A stretch of 64,000 bases of DNA, taken from contig CAVRAO010000002.1 of the NCBI GenBank assembly GCA_963719035.1, forward strand, positions 1-64,000, written 5' to 3'. A program made the translations under genes and the position numbers. Every line of letters begins with the position of its first letter. The stretch's first letter is position 1. This document shows positions 62,290-64,000 of the stretch, piece by piece. This DNA comes from Methanobacteriota archaeon. Lineage in GTDB: Archaea > Halobacteriota > Bog-38 > Methanoflorentales > Methanoflorentaceae. The notes below the pieces were generated by a model. That model had not been told where the DNA came from. It was given only the letters and a program-made list of their open reading frames with translations, and made no database searches.

Positions 62290-63051
62290 ATGAAGCGAAT
62301 AGAAGTAAAGAATATCAAGGACGTCGAATTGGAAAACCCTGTTCTAGTGGAAGGATTACCTGGAATTGGACACGTCGGGAAACTAGTCGCTGAACATATG
62401 ATAGATGAGCTTGGCGCTGAGAAAATCGCAGAAGTATACTCGTCGCATTTTCCACCGCAGGTGATTGTGCTTGCCGACGGGTTGGTAAGGATGGTCAGAA
62501 GCGAGTTTTATGCAGTTAAGAGCGAGAAGCAGGACCTGTTGATCCTTGTAGGGGACCACCAAAGCGCGACAAATGAAGGCCATTACGAACTGACTGACGC
62601 TTATCTTGAAATCGCAAAGAGAAATAAGGTGCGACGAATATACACGCTTGGCGGTTACGGTCTCGGACAACTTGTAGAGAAACCTGCGGTTCTTGGGGCC
62701 GTGAACAATGAAGCACTAGTCGAAGAAATGAAACAATACGGGGTAATATTTAAGGAGAACGAGCCAGGAGGGGGCATCGTAGGCGCTTCTGGATTGCTAT
62801 TAGGCCTCGGTGGCTTGGCAGGAATTGATGCAGTCTGTTTGATGGGTGAGACATCTGGTTACTTGGTCGATCCAAAAAGCGCTCAAGCGGTATTGCGAGT
62901 ACTATGCAAGGCCCTTACTATTGACATTAACATGCAAGCGTTAGAAGACCGTGCAAAAGACATGGAAAAGATCGTTGCACGGCTCAGGGAAATGGAACAA
63001 ACAGGGATGCACGAAGTGGCAAGCGAAGAGGATCTTCGCTACATACGCTAA
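62290..63051 (+). CDS. PAC2-family proteasome assembly chaperone
   Basis: EGLPGIGHVGK and CLMGETSGYLVDP motifs. Confidence 0.92.
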   Translation: MKRIEVKNIKDVELENPVLVEGLPGIGHVGKLVAEHMIDELGAEKIAEVYSSHFPPQVIVLADGLVRMVRSEFYAVKSEKQDLLILVGDHQSATNEGHYELTDAYLEIAKRNKVRRIYTLGGYGLGQLVEKPAVLGAVNNEALVEEMKQYGVIFKENEPGGGIVGASGLLLGLGGLAGIDAVCLMGETSGYLVDPKSAQAVLRVLCKALTIDINMQALEDRAKDMEKIVARLREMEQTGMHEVASEEDLRYIR

Positions 63052-63132
63052 TAATTCCGTTAAACGGGCGTTGCGATGGTTATTGAAGCCAGAACACCTG
63101 TTGCTTCTTAATATACACACAGGGGGTTAGTC

Positions 63133-63300
63133 GTGATTCAGGTTAATATTGAAAAATGTGGACACTGTGGCGCTTGTGTGTCAGTTTGTCCCACTAACTC
63201 GATAACGCTTATCGAGTCATGTCTAGAAATTGCAGATACATGCACAGCGTGTGAGACCTGTGTAACAATCTGTCCGGTCGGTGCGCTAGCTATTTGTTAG
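63133..63300 (+). CDS. 2x[4Fe-4S] ferredoxin
   Basis: CGHCGACVSVCP and CTACETCVTICP; directly upstream of GGR. Confidence 0.9.
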   Translation: MIQVNIEKCGHCGACVSVCPTNSITLIESCLEIADTCTACETCVTICPVGALAIC

Positions 63301-63316
63301 TTAAGGGGGCTCGAGT

Positions 63317-64000
63317 GTGAGGGACAAATACGACGTTGTAGTGGTGGGCGCTGGCCCCGCTGGTTCTTATGCTGCAGCGACGGCAGCAACCGAATGCGAC
63401 GTTCTTTTGATTGAAAAGCGGCAGGAGATCGGCGATCCTGTACGCTGTGCAGAAGGCGTGTCAAAAGGGGCTCTCTCGAAGTTTCTGCGACCACAAAAAG
63501 AATGGATAGCAAATAAAGTAACTGGCGCCCGAATATTTGCGCCTGATGGGACGCTCTTGGAGGTCTCCGAAGAGCTTGCAGGTCCCGAGGTGGGTTACGT
63601 GCTTGAACGCAAGATTTTTGATCGAGATCTTGCGAAGCGAGCAGCTAAAGCAGGGGCCGATGTAACTGTTCGTACACGCGCTGTCGGCGTCATAAGAGAA
63701 GATGGGTTTGTGCGCGGCGTCAAAGTCCGGCACTTAGGTGAACCGCTTGAAATACGGGCTTCTGTGGTTATCGCGGCCGATGGCGTCGAGTCACAAGTCG
63801 CCCGGTGGGCAGGCATTAATACGACTCTTAGACCAAGCGATCTAGAGAGCTGTGCACAATACTTAATGACAAATGCCGATATTAAAGAAGATTATTGTGA
63901 TTTTTATCTTGGTTCGGAATCTCCCGGCGGCTACGCTTGGGCATTTCCAAAGGGGCCTCAAGAAGGAAATATCGGGATGGGCGTCCTTGCGAGCAAATTA
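63317..64000 (+). CDS. Digeranylgeranylglycerophospholipid reductase (partial)
   Basis: [25 protein letters not shown] and [10 protein letters not shown] motifs. Confidence 0.92.
   Translation, partial: MRDKYDVVVVGAGPAGSYAAATAATECDVLLIEKRQEIGDPVRCAEGVSKGALSKFLRPQKEWIANKVTGARIFAPDGTLLEVSEELAGPEVGYVLERKIFDRDLAKRAAKAGADVTVRTRAVGVIREDGFVRGVKVRHLGEPLEIRASVVIAADGVESQVARWAGINTTLRPSDLESCAQYLMTNADIKEDYCDFYLGSESPGGYAWAFPKGPQEGNIGMGVLASKL

Overview
Archaeal chromosomal DNA from a methanogen, probably Halobacteriota (Methanocellales/Ca. Methanoflorens-like; lineage inferred from gene content: fae, cofD, dmrX, methanogenesis marker 9, aglB, PCNA-priL-priS-GINS-rpl44e-rps27e-aIF2a-nop10). About 508-18029 is an accessory island on the minus strand. 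It runs from an intact tRNA-Val(CAC), overlapped by a tyrosine integrase ORF, to an orphan tRNA-Val(GAC) 3' half that does not match that tRNA. The island carries a P-type ATPase, DedA, an FkbM methyltransferase, four lipobox proteins, a DUF4268 nuclease pair, a UDG-like protein, a second integrase remnant and several decayed genes. The most striking unannotated feature is a Cas-less one-spacer CRISPR mini-array (9128-9239) with its own TATA box. It is followed by a structured segment, a U-tract and a CreT-like mini-ORF (SD-ATG-TTG-TTG-TGA-hairpin-T6). Island genes also share 5' signal-peptide and 3' terminator modules. From 18150 to 64000 the window is mostly housekeeping. Single-base indels, mostly in homopolymers, interrupt korA, trm1, the DHPS-like gene and mtaB. 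These look like sequencing errors, so indel-based pseudogene calls are uncertain. All product calls come from motif recognition by eye; no database searches were run.
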